NCBI GenBank assembly: GCA_045595645.1
Contig: JAZOAV010000040.1
Span: forward strand, 82 to 64,081
DNA: 64,000 bases
Origin: Faecousia sp.
Lineage (GTDB): Bacteria > Bacillota > Clostridia > Oscillospirales > Oscillospiraceae
Direction of reading: 5' to 3'
This document shows, in pieces, positions 45,468 to 59,377 of this stretch (its first letter is position 1; each line of letters starts with the position of its first letter). Both the position numbers and the translations under genes were made by a program. The notes beneath the pieces were generated by a model. It did no database searches and was not told where the DNA came from. It was given only the letters and a program-made list of their open reading frames with translations.

Positions 45468-47936
45468 TTATTCGTAGCTGAGGGTGCCACCCTGGCTCTG
45501 GACATATTCTGCCCACTGAGCGTCAGAGTAGTTGTACTTCATCAGCTGGATGCCGCCGAAGCCGTACATGATGTTGTAGTCCTCGGTGTAGTAGCTGCAC
45601 TGATAGGACAGCATTTCGCAGACGCAGGAGCCTGCCAGAGGGATACGATAGTACTTCTTCAGGTACTCTTCTTCCATGGTGGCAGTGATCTTCAGCTTGG
45701 TCTCGAAGTCAGCGTCGTTGAAGCGACCGGTGCCGATCAGAGCGCCGGACCACTCGTACCAAGTCATGGTGACATCTTCACCATTGACATTGATAGTCAG
45801 AGTCTCGACGGAGGGATCCCAGCAAGCAGCCTCGTTGATCTCATACTGCTGGTTGTCGCAGTAGACCTGGAAGTTACGGAAGGGATAGAAGGCAGCGCCG
45901 CCCCATGCACCGTAGCCGATAGCGTATTCGCCGGCGGGAACAGCACCGTAACGGTCGTCGATGTTGCCGATGGGCTCGAGGGTGATGGTGCCGAAGCCGG
46001 AGCCTTCAGCAGCAGCGTTGATGTACTTGTTCATCAGCTCGACCTGCTGGTTGTCAGCATTCTCCAGAGCGCCCTTCTTGTAGCCGATACGGATGTGGAT
46101 CTCGTCGCCAGCCTTGTACAGACCTGCAGCAACCAGCTCGTCGCAAGCGGTCTTCATCAGAGCCTGAGCCTCGGTGAGGTTGTAGCCGTTGATGGACTGA
46201 TAAGCATCCTTCAGAGTGGCGTAGGGAGTGCCTTCGCCGTACTCAACACCGTACAGGTTGCAGATAGCCTGCATAGCGGGCTCGGAACCACGGTAGGAAG
46301 AGGTGGGATCGTTGTAAACGTCGTAGAAGTACAGGTTGTTCATGATAGCGTAAGCGGGCTTGTAACCTTCGGTAGCGGTAACCCACTCAGCGCGGTCGAT
46401 GCCAAGGCTGAATGCCTTACGGAAGCTCTCGTTGGAGAGAACGACGGAGTTGGTGTTGCCCTTGGATTCGTCCATGGTCTTCAGAGCGTCAACATCGGTG
46501 TTGAAGAAGAAGGACATGGTGTAGGTCTCGTCAACCTTGTACAGAACTTCGGAAGTAGCGTAGGTCAGCAGGTCGTCAGCGCTGGGTGCCCAGGAGGACA
46601 GCTCGCCCTTCAGGAATGCCTGCTTTGCGGCAGCTTCGTCCATAACGTCGATGACGATACGGGTGGTCTGATACTGCTGCTGCTTCTCGCCGTCAACGAG
46701 GAAGTCGGTGTAAGAAACCAGGTTACCGGCCTCGTCCTTTTCCCAGCCCCACCAGTTTTCGTTCTGGCTGAAGATGAGCTGCTTGCCTTCCTGCAGAGAC
46801 TCGATCTTGTAGGGGCCATAGGACATGGTGGTTTCCTTGCTGGTGTTGTACTTGCTGGAAGTCAGGTCAGCAACAGTCTCCTTGTTGGCTTCGTACAGGC
46901 CCTCGTGAACCAGCCAAGTACTGGTGCAGGAGGTCAGGAAGTAGTTGCGGTCGATCTTGGTCTGGCAGACATAGCGGATGGTGTAGTCATCAACCTTGTA
47001 GCAGCCGACGGTCTCGTCGTAACCAACAACGGGATATTCCTTACCTTCGACCAGGTAGTTCATAGCATCGGCGTCGGTCTCGCCCCAGTCAGCGACTGCG
47101 GTGATGACGTTAACCAGGTGAGCCAGAGTCTCGTCGTTCAGGTCGACCATGCCTTCCTCGTCAGCCAGAGCGCGCAGAGCGTTGTAGCCGTCCATGCCGA
47201 AGTAAGCATCGCCGTAAGCGTCAACATAGGTGGACAGAGCGTTGCCGCCCAGCCAATCCAGAGCGGTGTCCAGAGCGATCTTCATGGGGGAGCCGGTGGG
47301 AGCGGTGTACAGGCCGTCAGCACCCTTAACCAGATCGGAGATAGCGTAGGCGTTGGTCAGAACGTTGTCTTCCCAAGCCAGGCTGCCTGCATAGTAGTAG
47401 GAAGCTCCACCGGCAACAGCGGATTCGCCTGCATAGTACAGGTTAGCGCGGTAGTTCTTCATCTCGGGAGCGAGCAGCTGCTTCATGGAGTAGATGTAGG
47501 AATCAGCATTGATGGGGGTGCCGTCTTCCCACTTAGCCTTCTCGTTCAGCTTGATCTCGTAAACGTAGCCTTCGGTGACCTCTTCAGCGGTCATGCCCTC
47601 GGGGAGGGTGACAGCGTACTTGGTCAGGTCTGCCTGGTTGGCAGCAGTGACGTCCTCGATAGAGGTAGCCATCTGATAGATCCACTGATAGATGCCGTTC
47701 TCGGAATCATCGATGGACATGGTGCAGAAGGGCAGAGACAGGTAGTCCAGAATGGCACTGTCGCCGCTGGTTTCCCAAGTGTGGGGGTTCCAGTTGTTGC
47801 CCAGGCTGGTGCTGTAAGACTTATAGGTGTAGTCAGCCTTAACGGCCTTGGGCTCATCCTTGCAGCCAACGAAGAGCGCCAACACCATGCTCAGAATCAG
47901 CAGCATGCTCAGGACTTGCTTGAAAGTTTTGCGCAT
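45468..47936 (-). CDS. oppA: Family-5 solute-binding lipoprotein OppA (822 aa)
   Basis: LFVGC lipobox, WNPH, KWEDGTPINA, SYGPY, FRKAFSL; strongly biased codons; ATG 47936 with RBS GGAGG. Confidence 0.88.
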   Translation of the reverse strand: MRKTFKQVLSMLLILSMVLALFVGCKDEPKAVKADYTYKSYSTSLGNNWNPHTWETSGDSAILDYLSLPFCTMSIDDSENGIYQWIYQMATSIEDVTAANQADLTKYAVTLPEGMTAEEVTEGYVYEIKLNEKAKWEDGTPINADSYIYSMKQLLAPEMKNYRANLYYAGESAVAGGASYYYAGSLAWEDNVLTNAYAISDLVKGADGLYTAPTGSPMKIALDTALDWLGGNALSTYVDAYGDAYFGMDGYNALRALADEEGMVDLNDETLAHLVNVITAVADWGETDADAMNYLVEGKEYPVVGYDETVGCYKVDDYTIRYVCQTKIDRNYFLTSCTSTWLVHEGLYEANKETVADLTSSKYNTSKETTMSYGPYKIESLQEGKQLIFSQNENWWGWEKDEAGNLVSYTDFLVDGEKQQQYQTTRIVIDVMDEAAAKQAFLKGELSSWAPSADDLLTYATSEVLYKVDETYTMSFFFNTDVDALKTMDESKGNTNSVVLSNESFRKAFSLGIDRAEWVTATEGYKPAYAIMNNLYFYDVYNDPTSSYRGSEPAMQAICNLYGVEYGEGTPYATLKDAYQSINGYNLTEAQALMKTACDELVAAGLYKAGDEIHIRIGYKKGALENADNQQVELMNKYINAAAEGSGFGTITLEPIGNIDDRYGAVPAGEYAIGYGAWGGAAFYPFRNFQVYCDNQQYEINEAACWDPSVETLTINVNGEDVTMTWYEWSGALIGTGRFNDADFETKLKITATMEEEYLKKYYRIPLAGSCVCEMLSYQCSYYTEDYNIMYGFGGIQLMKYNYSDAQWAEYVQSQGGTLSYE

Positions 47937-48327
47937 AGTTTTTTCCTCCATTTTCCTCAAAAATATTTGTGAACAGAGTCACACCTTTGCAGGATATGCT
48001 CTCTGTTTCCGAAATTAAGTGTGCCTTAACGAAATTTTCAGGCACGATGCACAAGGAATACGAGTCCTTTTTAACGATTGTAGCAGAAAAACGACAAATA
48101 TGCAAGAACTATTTTCATTTCTGCCATTTTCTTTTTCCTTGTGCGGAAATAATTTTTGCATATTTTATCACAACATGCAAGTATTTTGCAAGTTATTTCA
48201 TTTGATTTTCCGTTTTTCCCTTTTTTCTATGAATATTATGTAAAATTATTATAAATTCTTGTAAAAAATTACATAACAATCCGATTGCACAATAGGGTCA
48301 CGCTTTCTCCGGCATCCGTCCGTGTTC

Positions 48328-48353
48328 GTAGGGGACGATGCCCACATCGTCCC
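48328..48353 (+). repeat. GTAG REP
   Basis: GTAGGGGACGATGCCCACATCGTCCC. Confidence 0.8.
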
Positions 48354-48399
48354 TCGTCAAGTATTGCCAAATTTGTACCATGTCGGTGGTGCGCACAAT

Positions 48400-48585
48400 T
48401 TGTCGATATGCCGCTATGCGGCTCGATATTTTTGCTTCGCAAAATCGATATATCGCTACGCGATTCGATATGATATCAATCCCTCGCGCCCCGCAGGGCA
48501 TATCGAGTGCGAAGCACATATCGAGCGCAGGGCGCATATCGAAAATCCCGCAAGGGATTTATATCGATGAGGGCGTAAGCCCTCT
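48400..48585. repeat. 186-bp TCGATAT-linker/hairpin array, copy 1
   Basis: Four TCGATAT then four ATATCGA separated by short hairpins; 174/186 identical to 53031-53216 by manual alignment. Confidence 0.9.
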
Positions 48586-48593
48586 GCGCCCTT

Positions 48594-50443
48594 CTATTCT
48601 ATGCAGGCGGGCTTGGAAAGGTTCCGCAGAAGCAGACAATAGCCCTTGGGAAGCAGGCGGCGTTCCCCGCCGTCCAGTTCCAGCCCGTGACCGAAGCGCA
48701 GGTCTCCCGCTGCATCCAGCACAACAGGGCTGTCTCCACGGTTGAAAACCAGCTCTGCCTTCTGTGTCTCCGTTCTTCGCAGGAAACGCAGACAGCCATC
48801 GCCGCCCTGAATTTCCGTCAAACGGCCATAACGCAGGGCTTCGCTTCCCTTGCGCAGGCGGCCCAGCCTGCGGAAATAATCCTGCAGCTGCTTATCCTCG
48901 CGCCCCCAAGGGAAGGGTCTGCGGCAGAAGGGGTCTTCGTAGCCCTCCATACCCACCTCGTCGCCGTAGTAGATGCTGGGCATACCGGGCAGTGTAAACT
49001 GTAAGAACGCGGCAAATTTCAAATCCTCCACCGCCTGCTTGTAGGCAGCCTCGGACAGTCGGCGGTCTGCCTTTTCCTCCATACTACCCTCAAAGTCCTC
49101 TCCCAGCACCGTCAGCACGCGAGCACGGTCATGGGAACCAAGCAGATTCATCACACAATCCAGCACATGGGGCGGATAGTTCTCTGCAATCGTTTGCAGA
49201 CTTTCTGCCAAGGCACTGCCATCGTCCCTGTCCTTCACATAATCCAAGATGGCCCTACGCCAGACATAGTTCATCACGCTGTCCAGCTCCCCGTCCACAA
49301 AATAGCGTCGGGATACATCATAGGCGCGCTTGTTGGAGGCATCCTCCCAAACCTCACCAATCAGCAAGGCATCGGGTTTGATTTGACGAATCCGCTGTTT
49401 TAACCGCAGAATAAAGGCATCGGGCAGCTCGTCTGCCACATCCAGTCGGAAGCCGTCAGCCCCCAAACGAAGCCAGTGAGCCGCCACGGAGTCTGCATCG
49501 TCGATAATGTAGCGCAGATAGCCCTCGTCCAGTTCTTCTACGCAGGGCAGAGTTTTGATGCTCCACCAGCAGTCGTAATCATCGGGGTAGTGGAAGAAGC
49601 GATACCAGGAACGATAGGGCGAATCGGGGTCACTGATAGCACCGCCGCCGAAAATTCCCTTCGCATCAAAATAAATACTGTTGTCCCCCGTGTGGGAGAA
49701 CACACCATCTAATATAATATGTATCCCCCGTTGGTGAGCCTCCGCGCACAGCTCCGCAAAATCCGCCTCCGTGCCCAAAAGGGGGTCGGGTCGCTTGTAG
49801 TCAGCGGTGTCGTAGCGGTGGCTGGAAAACGCCATAAAAATGGGGTTGAGATAAAGCACTTCTACTCCCAAGTCCTGCAAATAGGGCAGTTTTTCCCGAA
49901 TCCCACGGAAATTCCCACCAAAAAAGTCGTTGTTCCAGTGCCCGTTCTCGTCAGGGCCGAAGCGAGGCTCCCCCTCCCACTGCTCATGGAGGGTAAAGGG
50001 ACGCAGCTTTTCCGTGGTGTCACAATCTCCCGATTTGCAAAAGCGGTCGGGCAGGATTTGATACATAACGGCCCCGCGGGCATAGTCAGGCACAGTGAAA
50101 TCGGCAGGAATGACACTGAGCTGCCACTTTTCCCCTGCCTCCATATTGGTCAGCGTTCCCACCTTGAACAAACGGAAGCTGTCCGTCTCCTTATAAATGC
50201 GGAACCAGTAGAAATACAAGCCTTTCGGCGGGGCACAGCGACAGCTCCAATGCTGATAGTCGCCTTGGATTTCTTCCAAAACACCTTTTTCCAGAGAGAA
50301 AATCTCACCATCGCAGTCCTCCAGCACCAGTTCCAAAGCTACAGCCCCGCAATTCACAGGCACTCTCAGATGCATAACGCAAGCCTCCCCTTCGGTAAGC
50401 GTACCGAAGGGGTGCTTGTCGATGATACTATTATAATGAATTC

Positions 50444-50447
<4 letters not shown>
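48594..50447 (-). CDS. GH13 neopullulanase/amylopullulanase-like (glycogen debranching)
   Basis: YQILPDRF, YLNPIF, DGVFSH, DGFRLDVA, GEVWE, GSHD. Confidence 0.92.
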
Positions 50448-52867
<2,420 letters not shown>

Positions 52868-52919
52868 AGGGTCCTCCAAAAGTTTCGAGATTCACGAAAT
52901 TGCGAAATAGTTTTCTATC

Positions 52920-53014
52920 GTAGGGGCGATTCACGAATCGCCCTTGCAGGCACTTCCAAATTTGTACCATTTTGAGGGTGCATACAGCGGGTCGATGTAG
53001 GCATCGACCCCTAC
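52920..53014. repeat. Inverted GTAG REP pair (REPIN-like)
   Basis: GTAGGGGCGATTCACGAATCGCCC ... GGGTCGATGTAGGCATCGACCCCTAC. Confidence 0.8.
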
Positions 53015-53030
53015 GATGGTTGTATAGCGC

Positions 53031-53216
53031 TTGTCGATATGCCGCTGCGCGGCTCGATATTTTTGCTTCGCAAAAGCGATATATCGCTATGCGATGCGAT
53101 ATGATATCAATCCCTCTCGCCCCGCAGGGCATATCGAGTGCATAGCACATATCGAGCGCAGGGCGCATATCGAAAATCCCACAAGGGATTTATATCGACG
53201 AGGGCGAACGCCCTCT
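53031..53216. repeat. 186-bp TCGATAT-linker/hairpin array, copy 2
   Basis: Colinear with 48400-48585; abuts the glgA stop codon. Confidence 0.9.
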
Positions 53217-54630
53217 ACAGCTCCCGATAGAGCTGCATATATTCTGCGGCGGGGTGCCGCCAGCTAAAGTCAACGCGCATATCTGCCTTCACCAAGGCAT
53301 TGAACGCCTCTCTGTCCTCGGCATACAGGGCAAGGCCACGGTCAATGGCATCCAAAAATGCTTCACCGTTGTAGTCGTAGAATACAAAGCCCCTGCCTCC
53401 TGCCTCGCCGTAAGGCAGCACCGTATCCCGCAGACCGCCCGTTGCGGCAACCACAGGCACCGTGCCGTAGCGCATGGCAATGAGCTGGGACAGACCGCAG
53501 GGCTCGGACTTGGAGGGCATCAGATAGAAATCCGCACCCGCATACACCCGACTGGCCAGCGCAGGGTCAAAGCGCAGGCACACTGCCACCTGTTCCTCGT
53601 GTTGGCGAGCCAAGGCACTCAAGCCGTATTCGTACTGCTTTTCGCCCGTTCCCACAATGACGAGCTGCACCTTCCGCTCCAAAAGCTTCATCGCGATATA
53701 GCACAGCAGGTCAATGCCCTTGTGACCTGCCAGACGCGTGACCATAGCCAAAATCGGCACATCAGGGTCTTCCTCCAAGCCCAGCTCCCGCTGCAAAGCC
53801 CGTTTGTTCTCTGCCTTGCCGTCCAAACACTTGGCACTGTAGGGCGCACACAGAGCCTGATCGGTTTCGGGATTGTAAACATCGGTATCAATGCCGTTGG
53901 TAATCCCCGTCAGGCGGCAGCTCCGCAGCATATCGTCCAAGCGGTGGGCATACTGGGGATAGCACAGCTCCTTGGCGTAGGTCTTGGATACGGTAGTGAC
54001 CATATCTGCCAACTGAATGGCACCCTTCATCAGGTTGATCGCACCGTCAAAGGTCATGGCCCCACGGAATTCCTCGGGCAGACCCAGCACGCTGTCAAAG
54101 AAGCTGCTCTCTGCCCAGCCCTGATACTCCACATTATGAATGGTGAATACGGCTTTTGCCTCAGGGCACCAGTTTCGGTACAGCGCCTTGCAGTAGACCA
54201 CAGCCATGGCCGCCTGCCAATCGTGGCAATGGAGCACCTCGGGCTTGAAATCCAAATAATACAAAGCCGCCATGACCGCCTTGGAATAATAGGCGAAGCG
54301 CTCGCCGTCGTCGAAATCACCGTATACCGTATTCCGACCGCCGAAATAATAGTCGTTGTCAATGAAATAGACCTGTAGCTTTTTACGGCGGCTTTTCAGA
54401 CGAAAAATGCCCACATAGCTCTCCCGCCAAGCCAAATCCATCGTAAAAGAACCAATCTCCTCTACGGCAAGGTCTTTGTTTTCCTTGATTTTTTTATAGT
54501 AGGGCAGGAACAGTGCGACCTCGTTGCCCCGCAAGCGGGACAGTTCCAAGGGCAAGGCCTGCATCACATCTCCCAAGCCGCCCGTCTTGACAAGGGGCGC
54601 GGCTTCAGAGGCTACCATTGCAATTCTCAT
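53215..54630 (-). CDS. glgA: Glycogen synthase
   Basis: KTGGLGDV, HCHDWQ, TIHN, EPCGLSQ. Confidence 0.97.
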   Translation of the reverse strand: MRIAMVASEAAPLVKTGGLGDVMQALPLELSRLRGNEVALFLPYYKKIKENKDLAVEEIGSFTMDLAWRESYVGIFRLKSRRKKLQVYFIDNDYYFGGRNTVYGDFDDGERFAYYSKAVMAALYYLDFKPEVLHCHDWQAAMAVVYCKALYRNWCPEAKAVFTIHNVEYQGWAESSFFDSVLGLPEEFRGAMTFDGAINLMKGAIQLADMVTTVSKTYAKELCYPQYAHRLDDMLRSCRLTGITNGIDTDVYNPETDQALCAPYSAKCLDGKAENKRALQRELGLEEDPDVPILAMVTRLAGHKGIDLLCYIAMKLLERKVQLVIVGTGEKQYEYGLSALARQHEEQVAVCLRFDPALASRVYAGADFYLMPSKSEPCGLSQLIAMRYGTVPVVAATGGLRDTVLPYGEAGGRGFVFYDYNGEAFLDAIDRGLALYAEDREAFNALVKADMRVDFSWRHPAAEYMQLYREL

Positions 54631-55760
54631 ACTGCGCCGCCTCTCCCTACGATCACAGGATGATTTTTAGTGCCGCAGAAGCTGACATTTGCCTGCACCG
54701 TCACATCCTTATCCAAAATGACATGCTGGAGCTTTGCGCCCGGGCCGATCACCGTATCCTGCATAATGACGCAATCCTGCACAACGGCACCCTCCGCAAT
54801 CTTCACACCACGGAACAGAATCGACCGCTCTGCCTTGCCTTCCAACACACAGCCGTCAGCCACAATACAGTCATGGACCTCTGCGTGCTCACCGTAGGAG
54901 CTGGGCACCTCGTCACGAACCTTGGTATAAATCGCCAAATCAGGACAGCCAAACAGGCCGTTGCGCACCTCGGGCTTCAGCAGAGCCATAGAATTGTTGA
55001 AGTATTCCAGCTCGCTCTCGTTGTACAGTGCCACGCCCTCAAAGCGGTGGGCATGGATCTTCATGCCCTCATGGAAGCCGTGCATGACCAGATCCCGCTC
55101 CAAATGGTAACGGTCACGGGACACCGCCTCCTCGATCTTCTCCATCAGGAGCTTGCGGCTCATAATAAACACACCGGTGGAAGCGTAGAAGCCCGCAGGT
55201 GCCGCCCATTTGCAGGCAATGTCGATCACCTTACCCGCTTCGTCCATCCGCAGAGCCAAATCTACCTCTTTTTCTCCGTTACAGATGCTATCCTTGACCA
55301 CCACGGTCACATCGGCACCGGATTCCACATGATCCTTCAGGATTTCCCGATAGTTCATGGCGCACAGCACACTGCCGTCTACCAGCACCACATAGTCCTC
55401 CTTAGACAGCTCCAAAAAGCTCATGGCGCACTTGAGGGCATCCAGCTTACCCCGATACTTGCCGTTCTTGAAGGAATTGTCGTCATGTCCCATGGCAAAG
55501 GGGTTCAGGTATTGCAGACCGCCCTCCTCCAAATCCACATCCCACTCCTGACCGGAGCCGATGTGATTCATCAGGGATTGATACTTTTCATTGGTAATAA
55601 TGCCAATATGGCGAATGGCGGAATTGCTCATATTAGACAGAGGAAAGTCTACCTGCCGATAGCGGCCGCCGTAGGGCACGGAGGCCATGGTACGCATTCT
55701 GGTCAGCGTTCCCATATTTTTATCGTAAATATTGGCAAAAATAATACCCATCATTGTCAT
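54627..55760 (-). CDS. glgD: Glucose-1-phosphate adenylyltransferase GlgD subunit
   Basis: R..ASVPYGGRYR, HIGSG.EWD, IYTKVRDEVP. Confidence 0.92.
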   Translation of the reverse strand: MTMMGIIFANIYDKNMGTLTRMRTMASVPYGGRYRQVDFPLSNMSNSAIRHIGIITNEKYQSLMNHIGSGQEWDVDLEEGGLQYLNPFAMGHDDNSFKNGKYRGKLDALKCAMSFLELSKEDYVVLVDGSVLCAMNYREILKDHVESGADVTVVVKDSICNGEKEVDLALRMDEAGKVIDIACKWAAPAGFYASTGVFIMSRKLLMEKIEEAVSRDRYHLERDLVMHGFHEGMKIHAHRFEGVALYNESELEYFNNSMALLKPEVRNGLFGCPDLAIYTKVRDEVPSSYGEHAEVHDCIVADGCVLEGKAERSILFRGVKIAEGAVVQDCVIMQDTVIGPGAKLQHVILDKDVTVQANVSFCGTKNHPVIVGRGGAV

Positions 55761-55778
55761 AATCACAGCCTCCCCTGT

Positions 55779-56966
55779 TCAGCAAATCTCGCCGGGCCGA
55801 ATGACCCGATTGGCTTCAATGTGCTTGGCCTTGCCTACCACACTGATTTTCTTTTCCTCATCCTCGGCAAAGGCACCGCCGATAAATGCGCCTCTGCCCA
55901 CATGGCAGTCCTCTCCGACGATAGCATGACGGATGACCGCATCGGCCTCAATGACCACATTGGGCATGATCACGCTGTCCTCCACAATGGCTCCCGCTGC
56001 CACGGTGCACCCGGTAGAGAGAATGGAATGCTTCACACTGCCGTAGATTTCACAGCCCTCAGCAATGAAGCAGTTTTCCGTTCTGGCACCCTTTGCCAGA
56101 TAGGTGGAGGGCTTGGCATAGTTTCGGGCGTAAATACGCTCACCCTGATCGCCGTAGATGTTGAAGGCAGGCTCCTTTCCCAAAAGCTCCATATTGGCCT
56201 CCCACAGGGAGTTGATGGTGCCCACATCCTTCCAATAGCCCTGGAATTCGTAGGCATAGAGCTTATGCCCTGCATTCAGCAATGCGGGAATCACATTCTT
56301 GCCAAAGTCGTTGTCGCTGGCGGGGTCATTCTCGTCGGCAATGAGGAATTTCTTGAGAATCTCCCATTTGAAGATGTAGATACCCATAGAGGCATTGGTG
56401 CTCTTAGGCTGCTTGGGCTTCTCCTCGAACTCATAGATAGAGCTGTCTGCTCTGGTATTCATAATGCCGAAGCGGCTGGCCTCCTCAATGGGCACGGTGC
56501 GCACGGCAATGGTGCAATCCGCATCCATCTTGGTATGGTGGCGCAGCATGGCGGCATAGTCCATCTTATGAATGTGGTCGGGGGAGAGAAGCAGCACATT
56601 ATCAGGGTCATAACGCTCAATAAAGGGGATATTCTGATAAATGGCATTGGCTGTGCCCTTATACCACTCGGATTTCTTGCTTTGGGCATAGGGTGGCAAG
56701 ACCTGCACACCGCCATGGGAACGGTTCAGCCGCCAAGGCTGACCGTTGCCGATATACTCGTTCAGCTCCAAGGGCTGATACTGGGTGAGAATGCCCACCG
56801 TGTCGATGCCGGAATTGACACAGTTGGAAAGAGGAAAATCAATGATGCGATATTTGCCCCCGAAGGGAACCGCAGGCTTTGCCGTATCCTCCGTCAAAAC
56901 CATGAGACGACTGCCCTGACCGCCGGCCAGGAGCATGGCTACACAATGCTTTTTCTGAAATTTCAT
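55779..56966 (-). CDS. glgC: Glucose-1-phosphate adenylyltransferase
   Basis: [40 protein letters not shown]. Confidence 0.97.
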   Translation of the reverse strand: MKFQKKHCVAMLLAGGQGSRLMVLTEDTAKPAVPFGGKYRIIDFPLSNCVNSGIDTVGILTQYQPLELNEYIGNGQPWRLNRSHGGVQVLPPYAQSKKSEWYKGTANAIYQNIPFIERYDPDNVLLLSPDHIHKMDYAAMLRHHTKMDADCTIAVRTVPIEEASRFGIMNTRADSSIYEFEEKPKQPKSTNASMGIYIFKWEILKKFLIADENDPASDNDFGKNVIPALLNAGHKLYAYEFQGYWKDVGTINSLWEANMELLGKEPAFNIYGDQGERIYARNYAKPSTYLAKGARTENCFIAEGCEIYGSVKHSILSTGCTVAAGAIVEDSVIMPNVVIEADAVIRHAIVGEDCHVGRGAFIGGAFAEDEEKKISVVGKAKHIEANRVIRPGEIC

Positions 56967-58882
56967 CCTTCGTTCTCCTTCATAGTAATTTTCCGCCTGG
57001 GTGTGACCCTTCTCTTATAGAAGGCCACCGACAGGGGTGCTAAGGTCAAGCCGCCGCTGAAGGGCAGGCCGTGCAAGGGTATTCTTTCCGCAGTGACCGG
57101 TGGGAGCAGTGTGCCGAAGCCACCGTATTGCTCCGCATCGCTTTGGAACACCGCCTCGTAAACGCCCGCCTTGGGCAAGCCGATACGGTAGTTCTGCCGC
57201 TCCACAGGGCAAAAATTGCAAATCACGATCAGCTCCCGTCCCCTTCTGTCTATGCGGCGGAAGGCAATGACAGAATGTTCTTTGTCATCCGGACTGATCC
57301 ATTGGAAACCATTCCAATCGCCGTCGTTGTTCCACAGGGGGCTGTTTTCCAAGTAGAACCGGTTCAGATCCCGCACATACCGCTGCATCTGCCGATGGCG
57401 TTCATAGTCCAAAAGCTGCCAGTTGATTTGTGTTTTGTAATCCCACTCGGCAAACTGGGCAATTTCGTTGCCCATAAAGCTGAGCTTTTTCCCCGGATGC
57501 CCCATCATAAAGCCAAAGAAGGCACGCAGATTGGCAAATTTATCATCATAGCTGCCGGGCATCTTATCGACGAGGGATTTTTTCTCATACACCACCTCGT
57601 CATGGGACAGAGGCAGAATATAGTTTTCCGAAAAGGCATAGGTCATAGAGAAGGTCACCAAATTGTGACTTCCCTTGCGCCACAGAGGATCCAAGGCCAT
57701 ATAGCGCAGCATATCGTTCATCCAACCCATATTCCACTTGAACAGGAAGCCCAGGCCGCCGTCATAGTCCGGCTTCGTGACCAGGGGGAAGGCCGTGGAT
57801 TCCTCGGCACAGGGAATGGCGTTGCGCCTTGCGGCAAAGACCGCACGATTCAGCTTGCGCAGGAAGGCAATGGCCTCCAAATTTTCCTTGCCGCCGTAGC
57901 GGTTGGGGCGGTATTCCGTCCGTCCGAAGTCCAAATAGAGCATGGAGGACACCGCATCCACCCGAATGCCGTCAATGTGATACTGCTCCAGCCAAAATAC
58001 CGCATTGGAAATGAGGAAGGATTGCACCTCTCCCTTTCCCAGATCAAAAATACGGGTTTTCCAATCGGGATGCTCATTCATCAGGGGATCGGACAACTCA
58101 TAACAGCAAGTCCCGTCAAACTCAACCAGACCGTACTCATCCTTGGGAAAATGGGCGGGCACCCAGTCCAGCAGAACACCGATGCCCTCCTGATGACAGG
58201 AATCGATGAATTTCATAAAGCCGAAGGGATCGCCGTAGCGAGCCGTAGGGCTGTAGTAGCCTGTCACCTGATAGCCCCAGGACGGGTCATAGGGATACTC
58301 CGTCATGGGCATCAGCTCGATGTGGGTGTAGCCCATCTCCTTCACATAGGGAATCAGCTCTGCCGCCATCTCCTCATAGCTGAGATAGCTGCCGTCCTCC
58401 TTTTTCTTCCACGAGCCGAAATGCACCTCGTAAATATTCATAGGGCTGTCTGTCAATTTCCGCTTCCCCTGCTGGCGACGATAGTCTGCATCGCCCCAGG
58501 TGTAACGGCTCAGAGTACAAATTCGCCCCGAAGTGTCCGGCAGAACACTGCTTGCAAAGCTGTAGGGGTCCCGCTTGTACACAGCCTGTCCGTCAGAACT
58601 CTGCACATAGAATTTGTAGCACTGCCCCTCCTGCGCATAGGGCGAAAACGCCTCCCACACGCCATATTCCAGCAGAGTCATGGGCAGATCCTCCGTATTC
58701 CAGAAGTTCCAATCCCCCACCACGCTGACCGCACTTGCATGGGGTGCCCAAACCCGAAAAACGAAGCCGTCCTTCCCGCCCCGCTTTTGGCGATGGCAGC
58801 CCATATAGGTATAGGCTCTCGGTGCCTCTCCGCAGGCAAACTTCTTCAGGAGATTGTGCATCGCATAATCGTTTGTATCCAT
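56963..58882 (-). CDS. glgB: 1,4-alpha-glucan branching enzyme
   Basis: FRVWAP, SWGYQ, DWVPAHF, RVDAV, AEES, SHDEVV; RBS GGGAGG before ATG 58882. Confidence 0.97.
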   Translation of the reverse strand: MDTNDYAMHNLLKKFACGEAPRAYTYMGCHRQKRGGKDGFVFRVWAPHASAVSVVGDWNFWNTEDLPMTLLEYGVWEAFSPYAQEGQCYKFYVQSSDGQAVYKRDPYSFASSVLPDTSGRICTLSRYTWGDADYRRQQGKRKLTDSPMNIYEVHFGSWKKKEDGSYLSYEEMAAELIPYVKEMGYTHIELMPMTEYPYDPSWGYQVTGYYSPTARYGDPFGFMKFIDSCHQEGIGVLLDWVPAHFPKDEYGLVEFDGTCCYELSDPLMNEHPDWKTRIFDLGKGEVQSFLISNAVFWLEQYHIDGIRVDAVSSMLYLDFGRTEYRPNRYGGKENLEAIAFLRKLNRAVFAARRNAIPCAEESTAFPLVTKPDYDGGLGFLFKWNMGWMNDMLRYMALDPLWRKGSHNLVTFSMTYAFSENYILPLSHDEVVYEKKSLVDKMPGSYDDKFANLRAFFGFMMGHPGKKLSFMGNEIAQFAEWDYKTQINWQLLDYERHRQMQRYVRDLNRFYLENSPLWNNDGDWNGFQWISPDDKEHSVIAFRRIDRRGRELIVICNFCPVERQNYRIGLPKAGVYEAVFQSDAEQYGGFGTLLPPVTAERIPLHGLPFSGGLTLAPLSVAFYKRRVTPRRKITMKENEG

Positions 58883-59069
58883 AGGCGGCCTCCCTTTCCA
58901 TAAAAATCGCAGTTCCATATCAATTATACCACTTTGCACAAAAATTTCAACTGCTTTCAAGGAATTCTCATAATTTTGTCTGTTTTCCCATGAACACACA
59001 TGATTCGACGGAATTCTCTCGTCAGCTCCACCAATTTCCCGACACGCAGGCAATTTTTTTGCTTTTTCC

Positions 59070-59098
59070 TTGACAAAACGGCAGTTTCAGCATAAACT
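59070..59098 (+). promoter_or_regulatory. SigA promoter of the mgtE leader
   Basis: TTGACA N17 TAAACT. Confidence 0.65.
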
Positions 59099-59110
59099 AA
59101 TACCATTATA

Positions 59111-59216
59111 ATGAATTGCAGCCTTGCGGCGCATAGGGGCTGCAATTCAATTCATGGAGCGAAGCGAGAAATCATGATGCGTCAGCATCAATTCATGACA
59201 CGAGGTGTCAATTCAT
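59111..59216. repeat. AATTCATG-linker/hairpin array
   Basis: AATTCATG/AAATCATG/AATTCAT four times at about 20-bp spacing, with hairpins ATGC-GTCA-GCAT and ACAC-GAG-GTGT. Confidence 0.7.
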
Positions 59217-59264
59217 TCTTTCTTAAACGGTACCAAATCATTTGACTTTGAAGGAGGGAACACA

Positions 59265-59333
59265 ATGGACAGCGGCAGTATAGCGGTAGACCGAAGTCGA
59301 CAGGCGGGGGCCGTCGTCCTCTGCGTTCCTTAG
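59265..59333 (+). CDS. Candidate 22-aa leader peptide upstream of mgtE
   Basis: RBS AAGGAGGG; MDSGSIAVDRSRQAGAVVLCVP*. Confidence 0.45.
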   Translation: MDSGSIAVDRSRQAGAVVLCVP

Positions 59334-59377
59334 ATTCCGATCTGCCTCCCCACATCACATTTTAAAGGAGGCAAACT

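Noticed and set aside
45291-47972. 893-aa ORF antisense to oppA
   Set aside because: Shadow frame caused by strong codon bias of oppA; no RBS or motifs. The same applies to long antisense ORFs over aspS, metK, opp and glg genes (e.g. 54618-57020, 57071-58903).
48020-48290. AT-rich stretch upstream of oppA as foreign DNA, oriC or CodY array
   Set aside because: No DnaA boxes and only weak CodY-like matches; consistent with an ordinary promoter region.
48400-48585. Possible mini-CRISPR
   Set aside because: Repeat only 7 bp, spacers short and self-complementary, orientation flips midway, no cas genes in the window.
48285-48745. Short ORFs here and at 52836-53267 with near-identical translations
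   Set aside because: They are translations of the 186-bp repeat; differences follow hairpin loops, not codon positions.
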